DNA of 64,000 bases, taken from Dendrobates tinctorius (Eukaryota). The notes below the pieces were generated by a model. The model searched no databases, had not been told where the DNA came from, and worked only from the letters and a program-made list of their open reading frames with translations. This document shows, piece after piece, positions 39,358 through 52,896 of this stretch (position 1 is its first letter; each line of letters opens with the position of its first letter). The stretch is taken from positions 23,498,001-23,562,000 of the forward strand of contig NW_027361677.1 in the NCBI RefSeq assembly GCF_039654945.1, in the 5' to 3' direction. The position numbers and the translations under genes were made by a program.

Positions 39358-39625
39358 ACTCACCGCAGACCCCACACAAGCCCCGCCGGGTGTACAGGCC
39401 TCACTGCGCCGCCGGCTCTGCCTGTCAATCCCTACAACTGCGCCAGCACACGCCCTCCGCTGACGTCACGACGAGAGGCGGGGCTAAGGAATAGACATAA
39501 ATGCGCTTCCTAATGACGTCAAAGTCATGTGCCACTGTGGTGGGCGTGGCTTAGCCTGAGATCAGCCGAGCTGTGATAGGTGGAAAGTGTTTACGTCCTG
39601 GTGACGTCATGGTCATGTGACAAAG
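39358..39625 (-). promoter_or_regulatory. IST1: Putative IST1 promoter and non-coding exon 1
   Basis: Minus-strand donor GTGAGT (ACTCAC 39358-39363); CpG-rich; TGACGTCA at 39461, 39514 and 39602; GC boxes GAGGCGGGGC and GGGCGTGGC. The first coding exon has an acceptor 12 nt upstream of the ATG, so an upstream exon is expected. Confidence 0.65.
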
Positions 39626-40079
39626 TCTTGTGCTCTGTGAGGCTGCGGGCAGAGGAGTGTACAGAGTGTAACTCTTTGCTGACCGGTCCGTCTGGTGTCG
39701 GTAGCTTCTGCACTTTACCACCTCTGGGCTCAGGCTAAAGAGTGACCCCTGCCGGCTACCGCCAGTACTGCAATTTAAAGGGATTGTCCATTTATGGTTC
39801 AGATTAAAGAGTGACCATTTATTTGTAAATAAAGCGTAATTATTGTGCTCTTTCACTTTCCCTCTCTCCTTTCAAGAGTCCTAACTTTTGTTTCGTGCAG
39901 CCACCAGCTGTAGTTTTGAAGGACGCCGTTCATTTTACCGTAGAAAATTGGTGGAAAAATAAATTCCTATGCAGGGTGAAATGTTCATTTTTCATTTTGT
40001 TTTTATGGTGTCTATTAAAACTGACCTGTTAGCATGATTCCACGGGTCATTACGACTACGGAGACGCCAAGCCGGGGTA

Positions 40080-40480
40080 TAAAATATTATTTTATTATTT
40101 TTTTATTTATTATTTTTATAACATATTTTTGACACAAAGTGTCACCATTATTATTTTTTTTCCGTTTTTCCCTCTGTTGCTTTCTAAGGGGTTGTTTCTT
40201 ATATTATTATAATTAATTTAATAACTGAATTAATTAAGTTTAATATTAATATAAATATTATCAATATAAATGTAATATAATTAATTTAATAAATAAATCA
40301 ATATAATTATATATAAATTTGATATAAGAGAATTTATAAATCAATATTACTGTAATGTATATAAATTGGATCTAATTTAATAATAAGTATTAATTTATAT
40401 ACCTTTAATATCAATAATTTAATACATTAGAATCAATGGTGCTATATAAATAATAATAATAATAAATTAATTTTAATTAA
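40080..40480. repeat. Extremely AT-rich low-complexity tract
   Basis: Nearly pure A/T from ~40200 to 40480. Confidence 0.85.
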
Positions 40481-41258
40481 TTTGTTTTTTAGTGCCTAGT
40501 ATAGTATTGTGTAGGGAAATTGATGATTTCGGCTTACAAATACTGATGTAAAATACTGAGGGTGTGACCGTGGCCTTATGCGCTGCGGATATTAAATCCC
40601 GGCCATTTCCCTTAGAAGGTGTGTGGGTGTAAAACCCCATTGTGAATGGTAACGATGAGACCATGTGCACATGGAGCGTTGTGGGGAGTCTTCTTGGGGT
40701 ACGTCGTCTCCACGAAACACCTGAACGTCTCCTCCTGTTGGTTCCTATTGTAAATCTCCTCCCTGTCGCTCGTACGTTCCGGGTTTCTAAAGAAAAAGGC
40801 CAAAAAAAAGAAGTGACCGGAGCGCTCTTCAGGCGTCCTCCTCTACCGAGCTGCTCCGTACTTTACCATTGAAGTCAATGGGAGGCCCCAAAAATAGTCA
40901 CAATGATGGCGGGTGTTTGTTTTTAAGCCTTTCTCAGGCATTTTCACCTCACAGAACGCTGGCGTTTTATTCATTGTTTATAGGGTTTTTAAAAAAAGGC
41001 TCAAAAAGACTTGGAAAAAACATTATTTTTTACACAAAGCTTTAGAGAAAGAAATGCCGGATAGACGGCGCACTTTCTGGTGTCGTGTGAACGTGGCCGG
41101 TAGGAAAAAGAGTGCCGGAGACGTCGGGGAAGGGGGGCTCTCGCTGTGCCATATTTCCCGGTGGCTTGCGGGGGCGTACAAGCATGGCTGACAGGATTCA
41201 AGGCACCTCGTTATATGGCAGACATTTATGGGGGATACACGACAGCATCACGTCTACG

Positions 41259-44200
41259 CCACCATGACAGCGCTGGTCCCATACATAGAGGGACGTGCCA
41301 CCATGACAGCGCTGGTCCCATACACAGAGGGACGTGCCACCATGACAGCGCTGGTCCCATACACAGAGGGACGTGCCTCCATGACAGCGCTGGTCCCATA
41401 CACAGAGGGACGTGCCACCATGACAGCGCTGGTCCCATACACAGAGGGACGTGCCTCCATGACAGCGCTGGTCCCATACACAGAGGGACGTGCCTCCATG
41501 ACAGCGCTGGTCCCATACACAGAGGGACGTGCCTCCATGACAGCGCTGGTCCCATACACAGAGGGACGTGCCACCATGACAGTGCTGGTCCCATACACAG
41601 AGGGACGTGCCTCCATGACAGCGCTGGTCCCATACACAGAGGGACGTGCCACCATGACAGCGCTGGTACCATACACAGAGGGACGTGCCTCCATGACAGC
41701 GCTGGTCCCATACACAGAGGGACGTGCCACCATGACAGCGCTAGTCCCATACACAGAGGGACGTGCCACCATGACAGCGCTGGTCCCATACACAGAGGGA
41801 CGTGCCACCATGACAGCGCTGGTCCCATACACAGAGGGACGTGCCTCCATGACAGCGCTGGTCCCATACACAGAGGGACGTGCCTCCATGACAGCGCTGG
41901 TCCCATACACAGAGGGACGTGCCTCCATGACAGCGCTGGTCCCATACACAGAGGGACGTGCCTCCATGACAGCGCTGGTCCCATACACAGAGGGACGTGC
42001 CACCATGACAGCGCTGGTACCATACACAGAGGAACGTGCCTCCATGACAGCGCTGGTCCCATACACAGAGGGAAGTGCCACCATGACAGCGCTGGTCCCA
42101 TACACAGAGGGACGTGCCACCATGACAGCGCTGGTCCCATACACAGAGGGACGTGCCTCCATGACAGCGCTGGTCCCATACACAGAGGGACGTGCCTCCA
42201 TGACAGTGCTGGTCCCATACACAGAGGGACGTGCCACCATGACAGCTCTGGTCCCATACACAGAGGGACGTGCCACCATGACAGCGCTGGTCCCATACAC
42301 AGAGGGACGTGCCACCATGACAGCGCTGGTCCCATACACAGAGGGACGTGCCACCATGACAGCGCTGGTCCCATACACAGAGGGACGTGCCTCCATGACA
42401 GCGCTGGTCCCATACACAGAGGGACGTGCCTCCATGACAGCGCTGGTCCCATACACAGAGGGACGTGCCTCCATGACAGTGCTGGTCCCATACACAGAGG
42501 GACGTGCCTCCATGACAGTGCTGGTCCCATACACAGAGGGACGTGCCACCATGACAGTGCTGGTCCCATACACAGAGGGACGTGCCTCCATGACAGCGCT
42601 GGTCCCATACACAGAGGGACGTGCCACCATGACAGCGCTGGTCCCATACACAGAGGGACGTGCCTCCATGACAGCGCTGGTCCCATACACAGAGGGACGT
42701 GCCTCCATGACAGCGCTGGTCCCATACACAGAGGGACGTGCCACCATGACAGCGCTGGTCCCATACACAGAGGGACGTGCCACCATGACAGGGCTGGTCC
42801 CATACACAGAGGGACGTGCCACCATGACAGCGCTGGTCCCATACACAGAGGGACGTGCCTCCATGACAGCGCTGGTCCCATACACAGAGGGACGTGCCTC
42901 CATGACAGCGCTGGTCCCATACACAGAGGGACGTGCCACCATGACAGCGCTGGTCCCATACACAGAGGGACGTGCCTCCATGACAGCGCTGGTCCCATAC
43001 ACAGAGGGACGTGCCTCCATGACAGCGCTGGTCCCATACACAGAGGGACGTGCCTCCATGACAGCGCTGGTCCCATACACAGAGGGACGTGCCTCCATGA
43101 CAGTGCTGGTCCCATACACAGAGGGACGTGCCTCCATGACAGTGCTGGTCCCATACACAGAGGGACGTGCCTCCATGACAGCGCTGGTCCCATACACAGA
43201 GGGACGTGCCTCCATGACAGCGCTGGTCCCATACACAGAGGGACGTGCCACCATGACAGCGCTGGTCCCATACACAGAGGGACGTGCCTCCATGACAGCG
43301 CTGGTCCCATACACAGAGGGACGTGCCACCATGACAGCGCTGGTCCCATACACAGAGGGACGTGCCACCATGACAGTGCTGGTCCCATACACAGAGGGAC
43401 GTGCCACCATGACAGCGCTGGTCCCATACACAGAGGGACGTGCCTCCATGACAGCGCTGGTCCCATACACAGAGGGACGTGCCTCCATGACAGCGCTGGT
43501 CCCATACACAGAGGGACGTGCCTCCATGACAGCGCTGGTCCCATACACAGAGGGACGTGCCACCATGACAGCGCTGGTCCCATACACAGAGGGACGTGCC
43601 ACCATGACAGCGCTGGTCCCATACACAGAGGGACGTGCCACCATGACAGCGCTGGTCCCATACACAGAGGGACGTGCCTCCATGACAGCGCTGGTCCCAT
43701 ACACAGAGGGACGTGCCTCCATGACAGCGCTGGTCCCATACACAGAGGGACGTGCCACCATGACAGCGCTGGTCCCATACACAGAGGGACGTGCCTCCAT
43801 GACAGTGCTGGTCCCATACACAGAGGGACGTGCCTCCATGACAGCGCTGGTCCCATACACAGAGGGACATGCCACCATGACAGCGCTGGTCCCATACACA
43901 GAGGGACATGCCACCATGACAGCGCTGGTCCCATACACAGAGGGACGTGCCTCCATGACAGCGCTGGTCCCATACACAGAGGGACGTGCCACCATGACAG
44001 CGCTGGTCCCATACACAGAGGGACGTGCCACCATGACAGCGCTGGTCCCATACACAGAGGGACGTGCCTCCATGACAGCGCTGGTCCCATACACAGAGGG
44101 ACGTGCCACCATGACAGCGCTGGTCCCATACACAGAGGGACGTGCCACCATGACAGCGCTGGTCCCATACACAGAGGGACGTGCCACCATGACAGCGCTG

Positions 44201-44815
44201 GTCCCATACACAGAGGGACGTGCCTCCATGACAGCGCTGGTCCCATACACAGAGGGACGTGCCTCCATGACAGCGCTGGTCCCATACACAGAGGGACGTG
44301 CCACCATGACAGCGCTGGTCCCATACACAGAGGGACGTGCCTCCATGACAGTGCTGGTCCCATACACAGAGGGACGTGCCTCCATGACAGCGCTGGTCCC
44401 ATACACAGAGGGACATGCCACCATGACAGCGCTGGTCCCATACACAGAGGGACATGCCACCATGACAGCGCTGGTCCCATACACAGAGGGACGTGCCTCC
44501 ATGACAGCGCTGGTCCCATACACAGAGGGACGTGCCACCATGACAGCGCTGGTCCCATACACAGAGGGACGTGCCTCCATGACAGCGCTGGTCCCATACA
44601 CAGAGGGACGTGCCACCATGACAGTGCTGGTCCCATACACAGAGGGACATGCCTCCATGACAGCGCTGGTCCCATACACAGAGGGACGTGCCTCCATGAC
44701 AGCGCTGGTCCCATACACAGAGGGACGTGCCTCCATGACAGCGCTGGTCCCATACACAGAGGGACGTGCCACCATGACAGTGCTGGTCCCATACACAGAG
44801 GGACGTGCCTCCATG
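41259..44815. repeat. 39-bp minisatellite (CATGACAGCGCTGGTCCCATACACAGAGGGACGTGCCWC, ~91 units)
   Basis: Very homogeneous tandem array; source of five >1000-aa ORFs on both strands. Confidence 0.99.
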
Positions 44816-44944
44816 GGGGGCACTATACATTATTACTGGCTGGCATTTGTGGGGGCTGTTACTGTGAATCCTCTGGTGAGGGGCCCTATTGCATGAGACT
44901 GACTGTATACAATGGTTATGGCCGACACTCCATCATCCCCCTCG

Positions 44945-45072
44945 GCCTGGTCACATGACCACGTGACGTCATCAGAGGGCCTCGCTCCCTCCAGCAGATG
45001 CGGCCGCACTCATCGTCTGTCTGGAGCCGGGACACGCCCGGACACCGGGGCCGGGGCCTCATGCATGTGAGT
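44945..45072 (+). promoter_or_regulatory. ZNF821: Putative ZNF821 promoter and non-coding exon 1
   Basis: GGTCACATGACCACGTGACGTCA (E-box/E-box/CRE) at 44949-44971, followed by a CpG-rich stretch and donor GTGAGT at 45067. Confidence 0.55.
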
Positions 45073-45283
45073 ACCGGGGGTTGCCTGCACCGGAGATCAC
45101 TGCAGGGTAAACGCCCCCGGGATGTGCCGCTGTAATCACTGCAGCGGGGCTGGGGAGACATGCAGATCGCGGGGCGCCCCCTGCTGACCGTGCAGCCCTG
45201 CACCATGCATGCGCCATACATACCCGACCTGCACTGTAGTGTGATAATAATGTCCAGCTGCACTCCTCACCCATTCACTGCTG

Positions 45284-46352
45284 GCCCTGCTCCACGGGGC
45301 GATGGGTCCCTCTGCTCTGTGACGATGAGGCTCCCCGCTCTGGAGGCGATGGGTCTCCCTGCTTCGGGGGCGATGGGTCTCCTTGCTCCGGAGGCGATGG
45401 GTCCCCCTGCTCCACGGGGCGATGGGTCTCCTTTCTTCGGGGGCGATGGGTCTCCTTTCTTCGGGGGCGATGGGTCTCCTTTCTTCGGGGGCGATGGGTC
45501 TCCTTGCTTCGGGGGCGATGGGTCTCCTTGCTTCGGGGGCGATGGGTCTCCTTGCTTCGGGGGCGATGGGTCTCCCTGCTTCGGGGGCGATGGGTCTCCC
45601 TGCTTCGGGGGCGATGGGTCCTCCTGCTCCACAGGGCGATGGGTCTCCTTGCTTCGGGGGCGATGGGTCTCTCTGCTTCGGGGGCGATGGGTCTCCCTGC
45701 TTCGGGGGCGATGGGTCTCCCTGCTTCGGGGGCGATGGGTCTCCCTGCTTCGGGGGCGATGGGTCTCCTTGCTTCGGGGGCGATGGGTCTCCTTGCTTCG
45801 GGGGCGATGGGTCTCCTTGCTTCGGGGGCGATGGGTCTCCCTGCTTCGGGGGCGATGGGTCTCCCTGCTTCGGGGGCGATGGGTCTCCTTGCTCCGGAGG
45901 CGATGGGTCCCCCTGCTCCACGGGGCGATGGGTCTCCTTTCTTCGGGGGCGATGGGTCTCCTTACTTCGGGGGCGATGGGTCTCCTTTCTTCGGGGGCGA
46001 TGGGTCTCCTTTCTTCGGGGGCGATGGGTCTCCTTTCTTCGGGGGCGATGGGTCTCCTTTCTTCGGGGGCGATGGGTCTCCTTTCTTCGGGGGCGATGGG
46101 TCTCCTTACTTCGGGGGCGATGGGTCTCCTTGCTTCGGGGGCGATGGGTCTCCCTGCTTCGGGGGCGATGGGTCCCCCTGCTCCACAGGGCGATGGGTCC
46201 CCCTGCTCCACAGGGCGATGGGTCTCCTTGCTTCGGGGGCGATGGGTCTCCCTGCTTCGGGGGCGATGGGTCTCCCTGCTTCGGGGGCGATGGGTCTCCC
46301 TGCTTCGGGGGCGATGGGTCTCCTTGCTCCGGAGGCGATGGGTCCCCCTGCT
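45284..46352. repeat. 24/25-bp GC-rich minisatellite (GGGGGCGATGGGTCTCCYTGCTTC, ~44 units)
   Basis: Direct tandem repeat in putative ZNF821 intron 1. Confidence 0.96.
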
Positions 46353-46794
46353 AGGTGTTGGACTTAGTAGTACGGTGATAGCCGGGAACCCCGCTGGTCT
46401 CTAGACCGTGGGACATCCTCCCCCCGCTGGTTTCTAGAATGTGCCCCTTTCTGCCGCCTCCTTTTTTTTGGTACTTTCCCTGTTATCTAGACCCCACGCC
46501 TCTCTGTGCTACATAGACCGTCTACCACCCATGCTTTGGCTTTGCGTGGTCAGCCTTCCTGGAGGACCCGCAGTCTTTTGCTTGGGGGCTTGCCAGGAGG
46601 CCTGACCCTGCGACTCTTAGACCTGGATGATGGGAGTGAATATGACGCACACCCAGCACTTTCCCTCGTTTTTGCACACATTCTGCATTACGTTTTTCTC
46701 CCTTGTACCTGCTTTTACTTTTTCATCGTTTTCCCTCCAATCTCAGAGCTGCTCTGTGTAGGAGGACAGCGTGAATGTAGCCAGTTCCCATAAG

Positions 46795-49700
46795 ATGTCC
46801 CGGAGGAAACAGACAACTCCAAATAAAGTACATTGTGAGTACCCTCCTATCCAAACTTGTGGGGGGGACAAACGGGAATACGTGACGCATTGGTCTGCAT
46901 GGGAGCTGTAGACACACAACTGCTGCAATGGAATAACTTTTTGCACGTATGTATTGATACAGACGTCATTACCTATTCAAGTTGTCAGACAGTCTGTCGG
47001 CACAAAATGACTGGTCAAACCAAGCACAGGCACACGTTGCACCCTTGGTGTGGCCACACAGCTCCGGAATCCTTCTCTCATACCAGAGACCGAAAACAAG
47101 AAGGTCAGAAGGTGCACTGAGCCGTTTGGCCATGCCAAGGGTGCGCCGATCACCTGTGCTTGGTTTGAACAGTCATATTGTGCAGACAGACTCCATAGGC
47201 AAAGCTGCAAGTAGCACTTATCTTCAGGACCCCTGGGAGGAGTGTAATGGTATTTTTGCCCCTTTTGTTTCCCTTTTTAGGGGAGAACATGTTTGCAGGA
47301 TTGGAGCAACAAGCTTGTGAAGCGATGATGAAAACTGAGATTATAAAGCAGGAGGTGTCCGAGATGGAGCAGAATGACCGGAGTAGCAGTGAGTCGGGTG
47401 CAATGTAATAGTCTAATCGATCGTGTGGTTGCCAATTACCCTTCTTCCTATTAGAAAGAACCTGTCAAAGATATTGTCATAATGGCCCTTTTATACTGAT
47501 TTAATGGATAACTGTAGTGAAAAAAAATCTGTAGCCTGGTTCTTGAATTCACCTTAGATGCTTTGGTGCAATAGCCTCTTTGTGCATCAGAGTGGGACTG
47601 TGGGTAGGGTCTTCGGCTCTGCCGTGGCCCCTCCACATTTGTATGAGCCTCCTTTTTTAAATTTCATGCTAGCTCCGCCCGTGTACATTCATGTGTCCAG
47701 CAAAATGGCGCCGGAGGTGGCACATGCTCAGATTAACCTCCAGCTGTCCACAGCAAAATGGCGCCGGAGGTGGCACATGCTCAGATTAACCTCCAGCTGT
47801 TTCCTGCAAAATGGTGCCGGAGGTGGTGTATGCTCAGATTAACCTCCAGGGGTCTCCAGCTAAATAGCATCGGTGACTGCATATGCCAGCGGTGCCTTTT
47901 TTGCTGGAGACCATAAGGTTAAGCTGAGCATACGGCGCCATTTTGCTGGAGAACGTTGGGACGTGAATGTGCGCAAGCGGCGCCCTCGGCAAGATCAGGG
48001 GCTAGCTCGAAATTTAAAGGAGGCTCATATAAATGCGGAGGGGCCACGTCCATACTTTTAACAGGTTAAATCGTGATGACAGGTTCTCGTCAAGGATATA
48101 AAGGGATATGATCATATTTGAGCGCATCTCCTTGCAAACAAATTGTCATGATCTTGGTTAAAAAAAAAAAGTGTTTGTGTAGACGCCGGTTGCAGTGATG
48201 TACGGGTACTGTCTCCGATCCCGGCAGGTGGCAAGCATCAGCCACTCTGTTCATCTCCTCCTGGCTTCTATATTGCGAGGACGGGGAGCAAAAGTCCCTT
48301 CTTTATGGTGGGATTCAACAATTCTCTCTAGAATATCCCCTTTAAGGGCCGTCACGTTTTGCTTATTCCAGGCGACACTGATGAGGAGACTACAATTGAT
48401 GAGCTGTCATCTCCGGCCTCTGAAGAAGACATCACTGAGAAGGAAGATGAACCGGGCGTAAGCAAAAGGATGAGGAAACGGGAAGATGCGTCCATGGTAT
48501 GGGGCATAACGCGAGGGGTAATGGAATGGCGACATACTTGAATCCGTCATATGTAGGGCACGCTGATCTGACGCTCTCTTCCTCCTTTGTTAGGTCCACG
48601 AGTCTTTTGACGGTAATCTGGATTCTGCACTTTTTATTTGCCCCCTTTGTCAGCTGGACTGCGAGAGCCAGGAGCAGCTGATCACTCACGTGTACCAGGT
48701 AGGAGACACGCTGCCCCTTTATCCCCATAATGTCAGCATTCTGGTATCTGGCTCCTCCCAAAAAATGGACATTTACCTTACTGACACCCCCAAAACAGAC
48801 CTGACTACATTTATTCTCAAATCTTCTCTTCAGCACACAGCTGCCGTGGTGAACACAAAAAGCTACCTGTGTCCGGTGTGCGGCCGAGCCCTCAGCTCCC
48901 CGGGGTCCTTAGGACGACATCTGCTGATCCATTCCGATGATCAGCTTTCCAATTGTGCTGTATGTGGCGCACAGTTCTCCAGCCATGACACCTTCAACAG
49001 GTAAGGGCAGAAAAAAAAGCACACTATGAGCAGCACTGACAATGTCCCAGGACTTCTGCATGACAGTCGGGTATCAAACGCACAGCCTGGCAGGCACCGG
49101 TCAGCGGCACGTCACCAGGCTGCATCGGAGCTACCCTTTAAAATACATCCGCATAGTTATAAAGTTATGTCCTGCTTGTTTTTCAGTGAAAAGCTGCCAG
49201 AGGTTTTGTCTCCGGAAAGCTGGGACCAGAACAACCCTAAAAGCCCCAGCGGTATGGACTTCAATGCTGTTTACCCTGCTGGAGTATTACTTGTGTGCAA
49301 TAACTGTGTGGCTTACAGGAAGATGATGTCAAGCCAGACCCCCACAGTGCGTAGGTGGGCCAACCGTAGACAGAAAGAGCCCGTGCAGGCCCGATTGCAA
49401 AGGCTGGAGCGGGAGCGTACCGCCAAGAAGAGCAGACGAGACAGCGAGACCCCCGACGAACGAGAGCTGAGACGGATGAGGGACAGGGAAGCTAAGAGAC
49501 AGCAGAGAATGCAGGAGACCGACGAGCAAAGAGCAAGGCGCTTGCAGCGAGATCGCGAGGCCATGCGCTTGAAACGGGCCAACGAGACTCCGGAGAAACG
49601 TCAAGCCCGACTCGTTAGAGAGCGAGAGGCTAAACGGTTAAAACGACGTCTGGAAAAGATGGACATGATGCTCCGAGCGCAATTTGGGCAGGACCCATCG

Positions 49701-49823
49701 GCAATGGCGGCATTGGCTGCAGAGATGAACTTCTTTCAGCTTCCGGTGGGGAATAATGAGCTGGAACAGCAGATTCTTGGGAAGATGGCACTGGACGATC
49801 AGAATAACGGGACCCTGCACTGA
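46795..49823 (+). CDS. ZNF821: Zinc finger protein 821 (C2H2 fingers + STPR domain), 393 aa
   Basis: Exons 46795-46834, 47281-47388, 48372-48496, 48594-48698, 48834-49000, 49187-49823 (1182 nt). Starts MSRRKQTTPNKVHW; fingers CPLCQLDCESQEQLITHVYQH and CPVCGRALSSPGSLGRHLLIH; STPR repeats ETPDERELRRMRDREAKR / ETDEQRARRLQRDREAMR / ETPEKRQARLVREREAKR. Confidence 0.95.
47453..48090. mobile_element. Palindromic MITE with an internal 53-bp x3 repeat, in a ZNF821 intron
   Basis: Ends GAACCTGTCA / TGACAGGTTC; internal arms ~47626-47715 and ~47930-48046 are reverse complements. Confidence 0.7.
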
Positions 49824-49899
49824 CCGTGGGGAGTGGGGGGGGTTGCGCTCCTGTTAGAATGTGATACACTTTAATCAGATTTTTCTCTATACCGCTGCT

Positions 49900-50083
49900 G
49901 GGTCTCTCCTCCTCCATCCTAGGGTGGTCTGGATCTCTCCTCCTCCATCCTAGGGTGGTCTGGATCTCTCCTCCTCCATCCTAGGGTGGTCTGGATCTCT
50001 CCTCCTCCATCCTAGGGTGGTCTGGGTCTCTCCTCCTCCATCCTAGGGTGGTCTTGGTCTCCTCCTCCATCCTAGGGTGGTCT
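49900..50083. repeat. ~31-bp minisatellite x6 in the ZNF821 3' UTR
   Basis: GGATCTCTCCTCCTCCATCCTAGGGTGGTCT tandem, upstream of the AATAAA at 50383. Confidence 0.9.
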
Positions 50084-50382
50084 ATGTTGCAATCCATAGC
50101 TCAGGATTACAAAGCTGCTGGAGGGGAAAATGTTTAGTATCTGCAGTGATATTACAAAGAGACGATTATTTGATGAGCGCGGGATCCAGATCTATGGAGG
50201 ATACGTGCGGCCGGCGCAGCTGAGACTGTGATACAGGGTATGAACACAAGCAGACATCACATTTGGCTCACGTGGCTCCTGTCGTGCCTGAACTCTGCAG
50301 TACGGGCGCTGTATGTGTGTAGTATGTCTTATTTATGTGTGTATGGCAGAGTATCGCAGCGACATCCGTGTAATGTGGAACC

Positions 50383-50388
50383 AATAAA
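50383..50388 (+). terminator. Candidate ZNF821 polyadenylation signal
   Basis: First AATAAA I found after the stop codon, followed by T/GT-rich sequence. Confidence 0.55.
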
Positions 50389-52896
50389 TTATTTTTATAC
50401 GAGGTTATGGCGGCCTTCTGTTCTGGGTGAGAGAATTGGGGACGTTGGTGGTTTTTACGTCTAGAAAATGTCGCGTCGTGAATTGTTCAAACAGGTTTTT
50501 GCTCAGGGGCGCCAAACGATTTGTGTAAAAAAAAAAAAAAAAAAAAACTTAATGGCCGCCATGCACGGTAGAGGCCTGTAAGCCATCTGTCCCGGCTCTG
50601 CCATTTCCTTATTACTATATAAAGGAATGGTGGAAATGCCCTGTGTGTTCCGGGCTGATCAGGGAATTGGTATTTGAATGGAGAAAAGTTAGGTAAGTGT
50701 TCAGATGGAGCAGATTTACTGCACCCAGAGGACTCCTACTAACTGCTGCTTGGTATAAAAGCTGCATGAAGCAGCAGGGGCTGCAGTGAGATGCGACGGC
50801 CTCATCTTCAGTGGCCATGGGGGAAACCAGATGCTGTTGGAGTATAAAACATCAGACCTCATTATTGCTATGAATACAGACACTGAAGCAGCATGGACTC
50901 CAGGAAGATGTGAGCTGCTGAGAGCCAACAGGGAACCATCAAACTGTAGCTGCTATGAAATGGCTCTGAGAATGCAGAGACTGAAGCAGCAGAGATGCAG
51001 GAAACCGTCAGAATGAAGGTCAAGAGTTAGGAGATTATACAGCATCAGATTACAGCGCTGAGAGTTCAGACACTGAAGCGGAAAGGACTGCAGCCTAAGA
51101 GCTGATTACTGTACAGTACTTGGTATAAAAATCCGCATGCAATAGCATCGACAAAGACATAGCCTAGTGTTAGCACACTGGAAATTGTTCCAGAAAATAA
51201 AGCATTTCGTCTGGAAAATTTTCTATTACACGTTTTGTTATACAAGTTTATTTCCTTTGTGTGTACTGGAACAACACAAAAAGAACTGAAAAAGGCAAAT
51301 TGGACATAATTTCACACAACCCCCCAAAAATGGGATAATAAAGTTGTTGGCACCCTCAATATTTGCTTCCTATAACCATCTACAAGCTTCTTACATTTCT
51401 CAAATGGGATTTTATAGCACTCTTCTTTTGCAAACTGCTCCAGGTTTCTCATATGTGAAGGCGCCTTTTTCCAACAGCAATTTTAAGATCGCTCCACTAG
51501 TGATCAATGGGATTTAGTTCCGGACTCATTGCTGGCCACTTCAAAATTCTCCAGTTCTTTGTTGCCATTCATTTCTGGGGTCATTGTTCTGCGGGAAGAA
51601 CCATGACCTAGGATTCAAAACCAGATTTCTGACACTGGGCACTATATTGCAACCCAAAATCCTTCTGTAATCTTCAGATTTCAAGATGCCTTGCACACAG
51701 GACACCCAGTGCCAGTAAAATAACTTCAAAACATCTTTGAACCTCCACCATATTTGACTGTAGGTAATGTGTTCTTTACTTGATAGGCTTCGTTCCTTTT
51801 CCAGTTGGCTTTACTGAAAAGCTCTATCTTGATCTCATATGTCCCCAAGACGCTTTCACAAAAAAATTTGGATTACTTGCGTACATTTTGGCAAACTGCA
51901 GTCCAGCTTTTCTTTGTCTCTGTGTCAGCACTGGGGTCCTCCTGGATCGCCTTTCATAAGGTTTCTTTTCATTCAAATGTCGACAGTTTGTGCTGACACT
52001 GATGTACCAAGCCAGTAGGACAACTACAATTTCTTTTGGACCTTGATTGGGGCTGCTTATCCACCAACCGGACTATCCTATGTCGCAACCTTTCATCAAT
52101 TTTTGACTGCCATCCACAGGGATTAGCTTCAGTACTATGGGTTGTAAACTTATGTTGCGCACCGTGGACAAAGGAACACCAAGATCTCTGGAGATGGACT
52201 TGTAACCTTGATACTGTTATTTTTTTTTTTCAGCAATTTTGGTTCTCAAGTCCTCAGACAGTTCTTCTCTTTCTGTCAATGCAAATATTGAGTCATCTTC
52301 TCCCTTTTATATCTGGTTTCAGGTGTGACTTTCATATTGCCCACACCTGTTACTTGCCACAGGTAAATTTGAACGAGCATCACATGCTTGAAACAAGCAT
52401 GTGGGGGGGGGGGGGGGGGAATTCTGTCCAATTTGCTTTTTTTTGGGTTGTTCCAATACACAAAGAAAATGAGCGTGTATAGCTGAACATGGATATAAAG
52501 TAAAATGCAATTGTGGCACACACAATATGTGGAGGGAGAAATCACATAACTGATATTGTAGAAACCTTCCCACATATATATCTCTGTAATAGGAATGAAA
52601 GACAAACGGCAAACTATATAAAGAGCACTCAAAAGAAAAAAGCAGTCAAATAGTCCCATAAAACGTCACTTTTATTACATAGTTTATAAAATAATGGACA
52701 ATAATGTACATGGGATAAAGGGGGATAGGATGCGAGCACACAATGGCACACCGGAACAGGACTCACAATCCACCCAGCATGCTACAGCAAATAACCTTAT
52801 GGGGCTGACATAAACCATTGTAGAGGCACACAGCCATTATCACAGTCATGAAGCAAGTGCATATATTACAAAAGGCAAATAGATTGCCCAAAGATA

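Noticed and set aside
41146-44958. 1000-1270 aa ORFs in five frames
   Set aside because: They result from a 39-bp unit lacking stops in those frames; there is no unique domain and the position is intergenic.
45136-46404. GGDGSPCF / PPKQGDPS repeat ORFs
   Set aside because: 24/25-bp array with frame-shifting unit variants.
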